Assembly: GCF_964355755.1 (NCBI RefSeq)
Contig: NC_092679.1
Span: 6,974,201-7,038,200 of the forward strand
DNA length: 64,000 nucleotides
Source: Antedon mediterranea
Taxonomy: Eukaryota > Animalia > Echinodermata
Direction: 5' to 3'
This document shows, one piece after another, positions 10,937 through 25,900 of the stretch. Positions within the stretch are counted from its first letter, which is position 1; every line of letters starts with the position of its first letter. A program made the translations under genes and the position numbers. Under the pieces are notes generated by a model that saw only the letters and a list, made by a program, of their open reading frames with translations, was not told the origin of the DNA and searched no databases.

Positions 10937-13900
10937 TTAACGTGTGTTAATAGTATTAGAACTGGTGTTATCAAAGATAGGTCCTATTTTGTTGCAAAAA
11001 CTCTTCTTCACTGCACATCTTACCTGCAATATAAGTGAAATACAACACATTTGCTTATAGTACACATGTGATAATCGTGTTAATTGTTTTAAAAAAAACG
11101 TACGTCCGTCCGTTCAAAATCAGTAGTTAGTCATTGATTATGACGTAGACTTGCCCAAAGTCCGTAGTTATTGTATTTTAATGACATGGTCATATTATAT
11201 ATATAAGTTTTGATTTTTGTCTAAAAACTATGATCCGGGTTCATTTGTTGTACGTATGAAACGCCATATGTGAAAAAATGTATCTGTTTAGTAATACTAA
11301 TTATCACGGTTTGTACGCGCACGTTAATTACCTCATTGCTAAAGAAGCACTGTGTCAGCCAAATAAAGAATCCCTGCGTGCTATTCAAAATAACGAATAT
11401 GTATTGCATTATCTCAGAATCATCAAAAATGATAATTATACCAAACATCCAAGGAATTCCAACAACTGGTGTAACGGTCAGCAAACCTCCTACCATGGTT
11501 CTGTTAATTAAAAATGTCAAGTCAATGCTGCTTGAAATGTTGTTATTCTTATAATAAAACAACAATTTAAGTACGTAGGCTACATATATTCAATTCAATT
11601 CAAGTTAACATTTATTTATTTCAAAACAACAATAAAAAATAACATTTCTTTTAATTTACAAATATTTTATGAGAATAAAACAAACTGGAAAAGAAAGATG
11701 TGTCTTAAAAATGGTAATACATTTCTTTTGAGTTTTGAAAGTGGCAAAGTCCAAAAAAGTAAAAGCAGCAGGAAAATATCGTAGCTCAATTGAATATTGA
11801 TCAATTTTAATAATTTCGATGTCTTTTAAAATTACCTTAGCCGTTTAAGAGTGTCAATGTCATTTTTACTCTGATTTGGTAGCTTAGACTTCTTGTAAAT
11901 TAAAACCCCAACAACAGTCATCTGAACAAGAACGATCTACAAAATATAATGTATAATAACAACACATTGCGGTGAATATGTAACTTCCAAATTCTTCACC
12001 TCTCATATATCACCGATACTGAGTAATATACATTGAAAAAATAATATTTACCATGATAGTAATGCAGACACAAGAAATAAAACTCCATATTGCACCCGAG
12101 TCAGTGTCCAACCAACATCTAATGAGTATTTTTTTTATAAAAAAAATACAGAAAGTTTATTTAAACAAAAAATACTATTGCATTCAATTAGAAATTCATA
12201 AATTACATTAAGCATCGAATTATGCAATAGTTTTGCAACTAAACAATGTGATTGTGATGCATAAATTGTTCATTTTTTGTACGCGCGCGTTCACTCGCGG
12301 TACGCGTGTACGCTCAGATCAATTGTGTAAAAAGGATTTACCCATCAGATGCGTAGTTTTCTCTTGTTGCGCACGCAGTTATCAACACAAAAATACCGGG
12401 TGCAATCCAACCAATGTAACGACAGTACACAAATCGTTTTTCATGATCCATAAATGAGTGTTTAATCTTTATGTATATATCTGTTGACATAATTAACATC
12501 CAAAAGAACGCTACCATCAAGCTGTAGTGAAGACATCCAGCAAGGAATGCACACGCAACTTGATTACGAATCTATTAGGAAACAAAATGTCAAAATTTGT
12601 CTATGCATTGCATGTGCACTAGTTTTTAGACTGTAAATAAATTTGTTATAGAGTATCGTCTTTTATGATGATAATGATAATCTCTAATGATAAAAAAATG
12701 TAACATGAATGAATCAGCATAGAGTTTCTATAAACTTTTAAAAACGACTTAAATCAGAAAAAAAGGAGAACTTACATTTAGATTTATGAAAGGAAAGAAA
12801 AAATGCACCAAAAGTAAAGCGATTACCAGATGACGTAACAACCTATATCTGTCGGAATTTCTCAGTTCTCTGAAATACAAACATATAACAAAGTATGTGT
12901 TTTAAACAAACTAAAATGAAAAAATGACCATTATCATCATGCATTTGATTTAACTCTGTTGTGTGTAGTTTGTTTATTCGACAAACACGGGCAAAGGGAA
13001 ACAAACTCGTTCACAATTCAAATTAAGAAGTTGATTATAGGAATCGAATCGAAGTAGTGACTGAATTCAGCATTAATATTAACACGGTAAACAGACACAG
13101 AATTCAAACTAATTTTATGAAAAGTGGGACCTAGTGTAAGCCTTTTGTTGGTGATAGACCTATGAATACAAATGCCGCGCTTTACTTTCGACAACAGCGA
13201 CGCAATTTCCAATTAGCTTACCTTATGCTGATTATCGTAATAAGCGTTATTATGAGAAAAACACTAGACATTCCAATTGTGATGTTTGTAAGCATAGATA
13301 TTGCCCTCTTATCATTTTGTGATTTTTTCTAAATAACCAAAAAAAAAAAAATGATTAGGGCACTAATGAAGTGTATTTGTATTCTAACCTTTGCAAAAAA
13401 AGACGTTTTTTTGTCAAGTAAGGCCACTAAAAGAGTAATAGCTTATTAATATAACTAGCAATTATACCCGCCCCAGGGCGGGTTTCAAAATTAGTTTACA
13501 GCCTTCTCAGTACATAACACCCGACGCCAGTATCTGTCTATACTCGCCAACCTCCACCCCTCTTCAATAACACCCCATACTCTTTCTTAAAAACAAATTC
13601 TTCCCAGTGATGGACAAATTCATTTCAACCTAAGCTTCGAATTGAGAGGAGTATGCATAGCTACGATGGGTCTAATAATGGTTAAATGGTACGTTGTAAA
13701 TTGTGTAAATGAATAGGTGTCATATTGGCTGATAATTAAAATATGTAATTTAGATACTGCGGTCCCCAGCCTTCTTTCTCCTTTCACCACCATCAACAAA
13801 CCTTAACTCCTCCCCTGGTCAGTTCAAATTTAGTAACTTTTCCTAGTACAATCCAATCATATATGCTACTTCATTACGCTAGTATTTTCGCTCCTCCTCC

Positions 13901-16900
13901 CCCTACAAATTATGTTATTATCACTCCCAACCCATAATCCCTCAGTGGCAGTTTTCAAATGTAGTTTAAAACATTGCAAATACAGTTTCGGTCATAGTGA
14001 TAGGCCTACATCCCCACCCCAAACTCCCATCTGCTTCCCAGGGATGATTAAATACTTTAACATTTTCTAACCACAATTCTGGTAAAAGCAAAATCCCCTG
14101 AACCCAACCCCACTTTCCCACAATTGACGTTTTTGGAGGATTGGTGATATAGTTGAACACAGTAACAGTAAACATCATGTGTATGTTCACACAGGTATGG
14201 ATGTCTGTAATGAGACAATCCAAGAGACCGATACATAGCTGGATATGGTTAAAGTACTTTGCTAAATGTGTAATTGAATAGGTGTCATATTGGTTAATGA
14301 ATAAAATATGTATATCTATATCTATATTTCCCCAAACGCCTTGCTGAGGATAATTCAAATACTGTAAAACTTTTGTAGTATATATTTTACAATTCGATAG
14401 CCTACAACCCCGAGCCCTAGCAAAAATGTGACATCACAAACCACCCCCCGCCCCACCCCTCCCACAAAAACCCCAGGAGTCGGGGGAATTTTTTTAAATG
14501 TAGTTTAAAACCTTCCGAGTGTACAATTGCCATCATTTTGATACCCCATACGTATGGTTACGTGCAGAAACAGAAATTTTTATAACGAACAAACATCGAA
14601 AGTAGGGGGTTTGACCACATTTTGGTCCCTAACTGGGATCCTAGGTGGCGGATGATGTTGAAATATAGCTTAGAACATTCCCGGTACAATTGCGGTCATT
14701 TTGATACCCCATATGTAAGATTATGTGCAGTAACAAAATTTTGTATAACGAACAAACAGACAAACAAACAAACAGACAAACTCTCTCACTTATAATATAG
14801 ATATTTTCTCAGTGACATTTTTTTATTTATTGTCATGGTTGCCTGACGATACGTGCAAATCTGTTAATTTTAACAAAATATGGCTATTTGTATATTTTTA
14901 GTCGCGTGGACGCGACTCTATAGTTCACTATGTCGGTCGGTCGGTCTGTCTGTCGGTCCGGTATCACTATGCGTTTTAGCACGCGACTTATGGCTGTTGG
15001 CCTTGTTAATTTACTAACTACTATTTACTATTATAAAAATACTACACCATTCATCACTATATACTATATAATTTCACTCACTCTTGGTTTTACAAAAGAC
15101 ATCTGATTTATCATTAACGTAGTACTGTATTTCTTTTGTCTATTTTTACTATTGTGTTTTTAATGTATTTTTCTGGGGTTTTTCGGGATTCATTATTATA
15201 TTACATTGGTATAGCAACATAAACAAATATTTGACTGAGTAAAGTTTTAATCTCACATAGTTCGGTTTCATGAGAACCACAAATGACGTCAGATGATTGC
15301 ATGTACATGTCACACTACTGGTGAAATAATCGTACTGGTACACCGTTAAACATCCCTCTGTTGACCATGTCCTAAAATTAATAATAATCGTCACCTGTAC
15401 CTTACAAGAAATATATACTAATCTATCAGATGTTTTGCCCTACTATGAAATAAACAAAGATAAGTTTACTTACGAATTTGGTCTTCCATGTGTAAAATGG
15501 CAAACTGGTAAATGTAAAACATCCGTTTCGTTTTCTGTAGCTAAATTCTTCAACGTAATATTATTGAACACTATCTCGCATTTAGTGCTAATCGACTTGT
15601 TATTTTTGTCGTAAACGATAACTTCCACAATTTCAGAGGCGCTTGGGAGAAGTTCTCCTTCTCTGAAAATAGAATTTATATATACAGTAGGCCTAATAGA
15701 AATATTTCAAAGTAAGTAAGACAGTACTTGAAAATCTAGGTAGTGATAGTAAAAGAACAAAACGGGTTGTCTTTTATTGTAATGTATTCAATAATACTTC
15801 AATAGTACGTTTCAACAGCGTTGTTGAAGCACCGGTTTTCGTCAGATCAATGGTTGCATTCTGGAAGATGGGAGACCGCCTAGAATCGCGGCAAGGGATC
15901 TACCGGAGATCTAGAGTGATGGTGTAATTATACTATCGGACGCATGTGATAGGTATGGGTGCCCGAGAATATCTGAACCACATGTACCCTTAGGCAAGAT
16001 GATCCGGTTAAGCCTGAGGACAAAATATAAATACCTTTAACTTTCAATCATTTGCCATTTAACTTACACAGTTTTCCGTTTAATTATTTGTTCTGCTTCT
16101 GTCAATCTTGCAACAAGTTTGTATGGTCCGTCTGAAAAATTGATTAGTTAGGCCTATATTTTCGAAAACCTTCTCTGGAGCTCTATGGGTTCACAAAGTT
16201 AGGTTATATGGAGTGCACTAGACACTGGAGTGAGCCTATCCGTTTAAATTCAGATCATAGTCTGACTAATATTTGATTAATAAGTACCCTATTACAATGT
16301 TTAATTTACGTACGTACATATTTTTACTTGTCGTTTTTCTTTACTGACCTTTGACACTGCCTTTAGCCGTAGTAGAAACTTTGACAATTGTTGTTTCAGA
16401 AACAACAATAATAGAAGAAAAATTTGGTGATTCAGCTTCAAAATTGACTGAAATATAATGTGAAATTATACAGTACAGAAAGAAATCTAATAATTTGATT
16501 TGCTATTGCAGTAGGATTTGTAATAGCCGATAGGTTCGTGTTGATTTACTATGTTATAATAATGGCGCCAGATCTTGATGAATTATATCAGAATATGTTA
16601 TCATCGACAAAACCGGGTAGGACTACTGAAAAAGAACTTACCGTCAGTTGAGAGAATTTTCTCTTGTATGGTCATAACGTCATCGGCGTTTTCAGTCGAG
16701 TCACTTCTTGTTACTGTGGTTACTTTTATGTCAGTATTGAGTTCGTGATTGTCTTTAACAGTTCCTTCTTCAAAAGTTGAGATGGAAGTTATTTGTTGGG
16801 TAGAAACTTCATTCGAGTTTGTTGTGCTGCCGGTGACACCAAGAAAAGAATTCGATGGTGATGCGGTGTCTTCAACTTCTAGCATACCTACAATTTGTTA

Positions 16901-19900
16901 CCAGAATTTAGGAAGATTTTAATTCTTGGAACTTACTGTAAATTCCTTCTTTAGAACAGAACCAATTGTCTATAACAAATTACATAAATGTTACAATGCG
17001 TTATTCTATCTTTTTTTAAATTATTTTAAAGGTGGTTGCCGTAGGTTGTAACTTATTTGTGGACTATTTACTACAACACCACAAATAAGAATGGGTTCTT
17101 ATTTTGTTGTGTCAATAAGTTTGTATCTTTTTTTATCATTTAAAGGTAGTTGGGTTATAAGATAATTGTTACTACTAAAGGTACTATACTATACAACAAC
17201 ACAATAAGAATGTGTTTTTGTTTTGTCAATAAGTGTGTCCGGTAAAAAAATAGTTGTAAACCAACGCCTGGTGGTTTACGGCTCTGGTTCAGAACATGTA
17301 TAGTAATCCTTCTTTCCTAACTCCTCCGAAACTATTGTGTGGTTTGATATTATTTGAGTAGAGATTTTATTAAATGATGTATATGTTTTTGCTTACGACA
17401 GTTTTCTTCATCTGAATTGTCTTCACAATCCTTAATGTTATTGCATACTGCGTTTTCAACAATACATTGTCCACTTGTACATCGATATTGGAATTCATTA
17501 CACTCATAGTTACCTAACAAATGTAATGTTTTCTATGTTTTATTGTACTTTAGGTTTCTTTAAAGCGTTATTCCCACTAGCGACGCAACGTAACGCAACG
17601 TAAGACAATGCACTTTTAAAGCGTGGTTCCCACTAGCGACGCAACACAAGGGCGTAACGCAACGCAAGTGAATTGACCAATCACAAGCGATGGCTTATTC
17701 GCTTGTGATTGCTATTCTGTCTATAACTTCGCTTGTCATTGGTTAAAACGCTTGCGTTGCGTTTACGTCCTTGCGTTACGTTCTAGTGGGAACCAAGCTT
17801 ATATAAATTGTGTTTACCCCCGCCTGCGTGAAATCTAGTGTAGACCATGCTGTAGTGTGATGTTTGCAGCACTGTTGCGTCGTCGGTTCCCACTTGCAAT
17901 ACAAAACTTTGCGTCAATACGTCGCTGCGCTGCGTTCTAGTAGTGGGGTGCCTTAAGGGAAAAAATGGTCAAAAACGTTACACGGATGACAAAGTTTTAA
18001 AATTTTGCACATATGTTCACTTGGACATACAGATTAAAAAAATCACTGTAACCAAGAAAAAAAATGTATTTTATGACCATATTTGGAGTATTTTCAAAAT
18101 GGCCGCCAAAACAAAATGATGGTCCATATCTTAGTAACCGGTAGGGGTACAGAGTTCATTTTAGTGTTAAATTGCTTAGAACACATATGTTTCTATTCAC
18201 TCTAATACAACATTTTATTAGAAAATGGCCGGAATCATCATTTCCGGAATTGTGACCTTTGACCCTAGTATGGTCATATCTCGATAACTACTGACAGTAG
18301 AAACATGAGGTTGGTCTTAAAATATTCACAATATACATGTTAGTATTTGGTCTAACGAACTATTTTTCCCAAAAGTGACTGGAAATCATAATATTGACCT
18401 TTGACCCGATAACCTCAAATTTCGTTACCGAATGCGCATAACATCAAAATATTGGGCTTAAATTGTCAAAAATGTATATTTTTGTATTAATTAAGGTAAT
18501 GACTGAATTTGTCAATTGACCAGAAGTAATTATATTAACTTTTGACTTAAATTTTGTTTTATATCACTACAACATTGGCAGTAAATCGTCAAACACTTAT
18601 TTTTCACGCAATACATTGTTTTCTCAACAAATTTAAACAATTACTTTTTCATATGATATGTTTGTTTAGAATGATTCAGATTGTTGTATCTAGAGATATG
18701 GCCTACCTGGTTATGTGTAGAGGAATGTTACATTTTACTATGCGTGATTACATTTCCAGATTATTTTCTGCAAGTTGTAAGCTTCAATAAATTAATATAA
18801 CTGTTTTGCAGTGTATTATATTTACAGTTTACACTTCTTCATTTTATATTTCAAACCTCAGTTATTAAAAAATAAAATAAATAAATAATAATAATAAGTA
18901 TTAACTATGTCTTAGAAATAATAAATTCTGACACGGATCGTCTGTATTCAATTACGAGTAATATTATCTGGGACATTTGCAGCTGCACAGTTCTGTACAA
19001 GGGAGGTTGGATTTGGCACATTTGCAAGTCACACAGTCACGGTCAGATTTGCAGCCACATTTGATAAGTTCATTGCAGGCCTTGGCTGCTTCTGGTTTAG
19101 TCATCCAAACTGGCTTCCAATGTGTGTTTTCTAATGTCCAACCCCAATCTTCTGGAGTAGGAATAGTTGGTTCAGCATTCTGACAAGTGGTCCATATACC
19201 TCCTTGATATATGGCTCTTTTCACATGTTGAAGTAATGCATCCTACAATATAAATGTAATATAATGTACAAACAATGCTGTTTAGTTGAATAAAAAAAAG
19301 TATGCACTAAGTATAAGTTTAATTGTATTCCAACCATTCAATTTTAATTACCTGGGTGGGTGGAACATGAGCAATATCCTTGTTCTTCTGTGAAAACATA
19401 TTTCGACGGGCTTCATTTACTGATAATGATATGCTGCTTTTGTTGTATAGAAGAATAGTGAGCCGCTCAATATGTTTGAAGTTGAGAGAAAGACAGTCAA
19501 CTTTTTGAAAAGGATGTCTGTATATGGAAAGAAATGCCTCTGTTGCCTCTGGAAATGATTTCCATGCTTTCCAAGCACTCTTCTTACTCTTACCGAAAAA
19601 TGAGGATGTAGTGTCACAACCTGAAAAAGCATGGAAAAGTGGAAGGGCGCATGCCATGCTTTCACCTAGATGTCTACACATGTTGTTGATGTTATAGTAA
19701 CAGAAGTGATTACCAGTGCCGAATGCAACCCACAGTTTCAGTTCAGGAAATCGATGGCAAAGATTGAAAAATTGACCAATTAGAATGATGATAATGTCAG
19801 TATCCACAGTTCACACCATGATTTGTCTTGCACCATGCTCCAACGAGTGCACCAAATGAATTACAATCCTGGTATCTGCTTCTTCTTGTGTTGAGTTACT

Positions 19901-22900
19901 CATGTTGTTTCCTTTAGATATGACTGATGTACCCTTTGTTATGTACACATTCTTGTTGTCTGTAAATGATTGTTGTTCAACTAACTCAGACAAATATAGG
20001 AATAGTTCCTCTTTGTTTTTGGAATTAAGAAGGAAGTAGCTTACTTCTGGTATTGGTGTGAATAAGCATCCCAATGTAAATTGGTAGAGGTGGTTCTCGG
20101 TTTAGGTTATGACGCTCAGTAGGCCTACCAGTTTCTTCTCTTACCTTCTTCTTGGAGTTATAAGAAATCAATTGGGATATTGTAAGGCATGTCTGTGAAT
20201 TGTCAACGTGCTCCTTCGTGTTTGGCCCATATAAAATCATAGCTATCAGCATTTTTAAACTTGGTGATACCATCTCTTGGCAACGAGGAGGAAATGCCCC
20301 TTTGAACTGAAAACCATCCGTCATTTGAAAAATATCTTCTCTGCAGATTTTTGCAACCTTTGCAAACAACAGCGCTTCTTCTTCATACTGTCGACGATGC
20401 ACATCTTTCCACATTTGATATATGGCCTCTTCGAAAATTAAAACACATTTGTATCCATCAAAATGCTCATGTAGGCCCATGGTTTCGAAATGTTGTAGAA
20501 GGATTTCTTTCAAGCGCGTTTTATTAAATGATATATTCTCTCCAAATTGATGAAGACGATCTTCAAACCAAGAATGTAAATGTGATAATTGAAATAACAA
20601 TGTTCCCTCTTCTACTAATCCCTCTACATAAGAAACCAATTCTGCAAACACTCTGCCTTTCACACGATCTCTTTCTGTTTTAGAAAAAGACAAAGTATTG
20701 CTTTGATGTTTTCTATATCGATTTCTAAATTGCGTCAAACAATCCATGTGGTATTTTGCTGCAATAGCTACTAAATCACCATTCGAAATAGTAGCAAGAA
20801 GATCAAAATCATTCATTTCTGTCGCCATTCTTCGAAGTATTTTTGTCAGTGACACCTTTGAGTATTCATGAAGCTTTTGAAATGTATCTTTTTTGCAGAA
20901 AATACAGTTATTTCTGCTAGGACTTGCAACTTTCTGTCTTTTTGAAGACCGCTCTTTCGTATCTATGTTTTCTTTTACTTGATGTTTTCTTAACCTTTCC
21001 AGCTTAGTGTTGTTGAACTTCAAATGGCAAGAATAATGCCACGAGGCACCGTTTTTAATAAAAGCCTCCGGTGTACCATGGTCTCCATATTCTAATGAAA
21101 GTGGTGAAGCTTGTAGTTGCTTAAAGCCGTCTACATTGTTTAAAAACGCTTCGTACACACATCTAGCATTAATGTTTCCTCGTTTTTGTGGACACCTTAA
21201 ACTTTCCGATGTAACAGACTGGCATATAATGCATCTTGACCAGTCCATTGTAAGTGTTTACTTACACCTAGTCTAGTCATAGGGCTAGTGTCTCGAACAT
21301 AAATTCTGTGAAATATATAGAGTAAACTTAAACAAATAACAATCCTGATAGTTAAAAAATAAATATGAATGTTTTTCTTTTATTCATTTTCTATCATTCA
21401 TGTTTTAACCAAAATACGTGTAAGAAGCAATTCCTGTACCTATTGGTCCTAAACCTATAGCCTACATCAATTATTTAAAGTTATTAAAAAAAATTTTATT
21501 TATTTAAATTATTTAAAGTTAAATTTAATAATGATGTGTAATTGCAATATAATTTTTCACAAAACTACACTTGGGACTCCCTGTAACTAAGCATTTGCTA
21601 GGCCTATGAGAGGCATCCGCTTTGCATTGCCACAGTCGTTTTCGCCGTGGAGGTATGCCTAGCAACGAGCCTGTGTTAGCCTAGCCTAATTGATAATCAA
21701 TTTAAATGCTTAAAAGAAACAAGAAAGTAAATTAATGGTAACCTAATGCTTTAAAGTGGTAAATCAATATATATATTTAATAAAAACACTTGTTTGAAAT
21801 CAACAACTGCTTTATAAGCATAAAAATACTTACCACTTGGCAATTATCCACCTGTCAACACGTTTGACTTCATAAACTTTTAGCCAATCAGAATGCCGGA
21901 TTTTATGAATACTCATTTTGGAGGGAAATCTTTGTCTAGCTAATACTATAGTAATTGATTGTATATAAAAGGGGTTCTATGGACCTTAAATAATGAAATC
22001 ATTGTTATTATTAGTATTTATTATTCTCAAATAGAAACTATTATAACAAATATTGTGATTTATTTTAACTGGTCTTTGGAACGTTAAAAAATAGATTATG
22101 TCGAAAAGGCACTGCTTCTCTATAACACTGAAGTTAGTTGTAGTGATATAAAACAAAATTTAAGTCAAAAGTTAATATAATTACTTCTGGTCAATTGACA
22201 AATTCAGTCATTACCTTAATTAATACAAAAATATACATTTTTGACAATTTAAGCCCAATATTTTGATGTTATGCGCATTCGGTAACGAAATTTGAGGTTA
22301 TCGGGTCAAAGGTCAATATTATGATTTCCAGTCACTTTTGGGAAAAATAGTTCGTTAGACCAAATACTAACATGTATATTGTGAATATTTTAAGACCAAC
22401 CTCATGTTTCTACTGTCAGTAGTTATCGAGATATGACCATACTAGGGTCAAAGGTCACAATTCCGGAAATGATGATTCCGGCCATTTTCTAATAAAATGT
22501 TGTATTAGAGTGAATAGAAACATATGTGTTCTAAGCAATTTAACACTAAAATGAACTCTGTACCCCTACCGGTTACTAAGATATGGACCATCATTTTGTT
22601 TTGGCGGCCATTTTGAAAATACTCCAAATATGGTCATAAAATACATTTTTTTTCTTGGCTACAGTGATTTTTTTAATCTGTATGTCCAAGTGAACATATG
22701 TGCAAAATTTGAAAACTTTGTCATCCGTGTAACGTTTTTGACCCTAAGGCACCCCACTATAGTGGGAAGCACGCTTTATACCTCTGCGTTGATAGCTTCA
22801 ATATAGCACCGATACACCTTCGATAACTTTGATAGGTTTCACAGTTATATCTGATTTATCTTGACCTCCTATAAGTTTTTTAACTGGTGTATATTTTTGT

Positions 22901-25900
22901 ATTTACTAGAGGGTGAGCTCGCTTCGCTCGCTCCCCCTCTAGGAAGTGTAGACGATGGTTCTCGGAATGATAATGTTCTCCTTATACGTTTTCTGTCGGT
23001 TACCATTATTGAAAATGCTTGACATTCGTAAAACTAAACTTTGTTTCACAGTGTTTTAGATGATAAATAACATTTTAAAGTATCGTTTTTATTGTTTGGT
23101 AGGGCCCTTTGGGGAGCTGAGGCGGAGGTCATTTGAGGGAGGTGCTTATTCGAGGGATATATGTTAAATTTTTTAGTTTTAATAATATGGTAACATTTAT
23201 AATCAAATGAAATCCTCTAATAGATATGAAAAGTGGTAAAAAAGAATTACAAATGCTTGATAAATTGTAGATAACAGTGCGGTGAATTCTACAACAAATA
23301 GTATAATTGTGTTATTATAAATATGTGGATGGACGTTTATTAGATAGGTGGGTTGGGTGGGAGGGGGGGGGGGGGTTATTCAAAGTGATGTTTTATTGGA
23401 GAGGCGTTTATTCAAATGAATACCATCCTAATAATTATTAATACATTATTTAATTTAATCATCTTTTGAAACTAACTGCCGTGACAGAGTGGGCCCAAGA
23501 AAGAAGACATTGTGGCTTGCAACATGGGCAGACATCTCGGTCCTAACGGGACACAGGAAGATAGCCTACAGTTATTCCTGTAAGCTTACTCAATAAAACT
23601 CAGCTATCGGGATTTCACTCGAAAAATGTCTTATCATCAAATCTCCCTATGTAATTTTATAATACTATTCCCCACAATATATTCTGATTCTTTATGGCGT
23701 ATATTTAATTTGATCTTTATTAATTTGCAGTATAATTTCTATTATTTAACTACTGTACCTTCACACACGCGCGGTATGTTTTAAAATAAACAAAACACTG
23801 AAATGGCTATGACTAATGGCCAACTATCTGATTTTTTTTTCGTCTTCCAAAGGGACACTGTATTGATTGATGGAAAGTGCCTGTTTCCAGTCACCTTTAG
23901 GGTCAAATCTATTATTTTAACTGCTCCCTTGTGTATAAAAGAGAGAAAATATTTGAAACCAGGTTGTTGCAAGGTGAACTTATCTTAAACCCGGAAATTA
24001 CTTTGACCGGAAAGAATTGAAATTGAGATGAAAATCTAATGTTGAAATCATAAATTTCGTTAAAAAACTCTTTATAATATCTTCCTAAGATAGAAATATG
24101 GAACAATAGCGTCGATGTGAACACTAATGTTATCAAATCTACGTTTCGCGGTACATCTCAGATAGATAAGGTAGGTATCCAAGGCGGAGATTTGTACCGA
24201 AGTTTTTGCATTGTGCTCGCCTATGTCAGAATTAACCATAATTTATATATAGATACGTAAAAGAAGCTATGCAATGCAAACAAGCTATGCAACTTAAATT
24301 TCAATAGAAAAAAGAGCTTGTGATCATAGCTACTAACCATTAAAACAGTAAAATCCCAAACGGCATTGAGCAATACACTCTAGTGCCTTGGGTCTGCAAA
24401 TTCCACACTCCTTGAACTGATATTCATTACATTCACCATAATCTATTGATTAACAAAGTTCAAAGATATATTATTCAATAAGATAATACCTGGCCAACAG
24501 TATACTATATTATATTTCACTTATCGCTTCCCAATCTTCTTGCCCCGTGTTTATTCCTGTCCCGTGTTCATTTTCTGTCACATGTCTACGTGTTTATTCT
24601 GCCCCGTGTTTATTCTTGCCACGCGTTTATTCATGAACCCTGTTCATTCCTGTCCCATATTTATTCTGCCTCGTGTTTATTCCTACCCCGTGCTGTTGCC
24701 CATCTTCCCGTTTTCATTCCTGTCCCATGATCATTCCTGACCCATGTTCATTCCTGTCCCATCTTCATTCCTTCCCATGTTATTCTGCCCCGTGCTTATC
24801 CCTGCCCCGTTCTGCCACCCATCTCCCCGTTTTCATTCCTGTCCCATGTTGTTTCCTAACCCGTGTTCATTCCTGTCACATATTCATTCCTGACCCGTGT
24901 TTATTCCTGTCTCATCTTCATTCCTGTCTAAGCCATGTTTATTTTTATCCAGTGTTGCTGCCTATCTTCTGGCCCCGTGTTCAGTCTTGCCACGTGTTCA
25001 TTCATGCCACGTGTAAATTATTCCTGCCTCTTTTTCATGTTACTGCCCTTTTGGATGTCCCATGTCCTTGTTCATCCGAACCTTATTGATCTCTTTCAGG
25101 ATTCATACTATACTTAATATGATAATACAAAAGAGTAAACTTACTACAGTTGCGCTCGTCCGCTCCACCTGAGCAATCTGCCCAAAAATTGCATGCATAC
25201 GCCTTGTGCTTACATCCAACTGCGCATGTCACTTGTTGCTCATTACAAACATGTTGCACTGTGAGATTAAACATAATTCAATCCGGGATATTCCATGAGG
25301 TAATTTCGTTTGGGTAAAACAGCACGGGTATTTCCCCCCATTATCCATTAAAAAAAGAAGCATCATGGTGTCGAACCCCGGTCAAACTTCAATTTTGGTT
25401 AATATCATTTTGACAATTTTTATTTAGCCAACATTAACCTTGTAATGTCTAGAAGGAATGGTGCCATGATTTTTCGAGTGGTGATGTTCCAGTTTACGAA
25501 GGGACTTTCGCTTACCATTGGTCAATTAACCGTTGCCACTACGTCCTTGCGTTGTGTCGCGTATCGAAGGTAAATTACTTACCACAGTTACTTTCATCAC
25601 TACCATCACCACAATCATTTCTCGAATCACATATCAAACCTATAGATATACAGTTCCTATGTCCACAACTGAACTGGTCTGGTCTACACTGACTGCCTAT
25701 TACACACACAAAGAAAAATAATATTTGTATGTTAAGGTAGGCCTACTTCTGAAACGACGATTGGTTTTGCAAAAGTAATCTAACAGGACACTGAGCTTGT
25801 CTTGCCAAGATAGGAACTCCTAACAGTCATTTGGTGGTATGTCTGGCTGTGAAAAATACCAATAGTACGGTACAATACTATGTAGAGTACTACTGTCCTC

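Larger units (their letters stand above)
17561..22778. mobile_element. PIF/Harbinger-type MITE hosting a related MITE (17617-17801) and the Academ element
   Basis: TIRs taaagcgt..ttcccactag / tagtgggaagcacgcttta; inner MITE with aagc.tggttcccactag TIRs; related fragment at ~27593. Confidence 0.65.

Noticed and set aside
13966-14358. 130-aa ORF inside a Helitron
   Set aside because: No Rep/helicase motifs and no recognisable homology
17005-17235. ~115-bp tandem duplication in an intron
   Set aside because: Ordinary diverged local duplication with no coding or structural signal
24540-25117. Cys/Pro/His-rich ORFs in three frames
   Set aside because: Product of a stop-poor degenerate minisatellite
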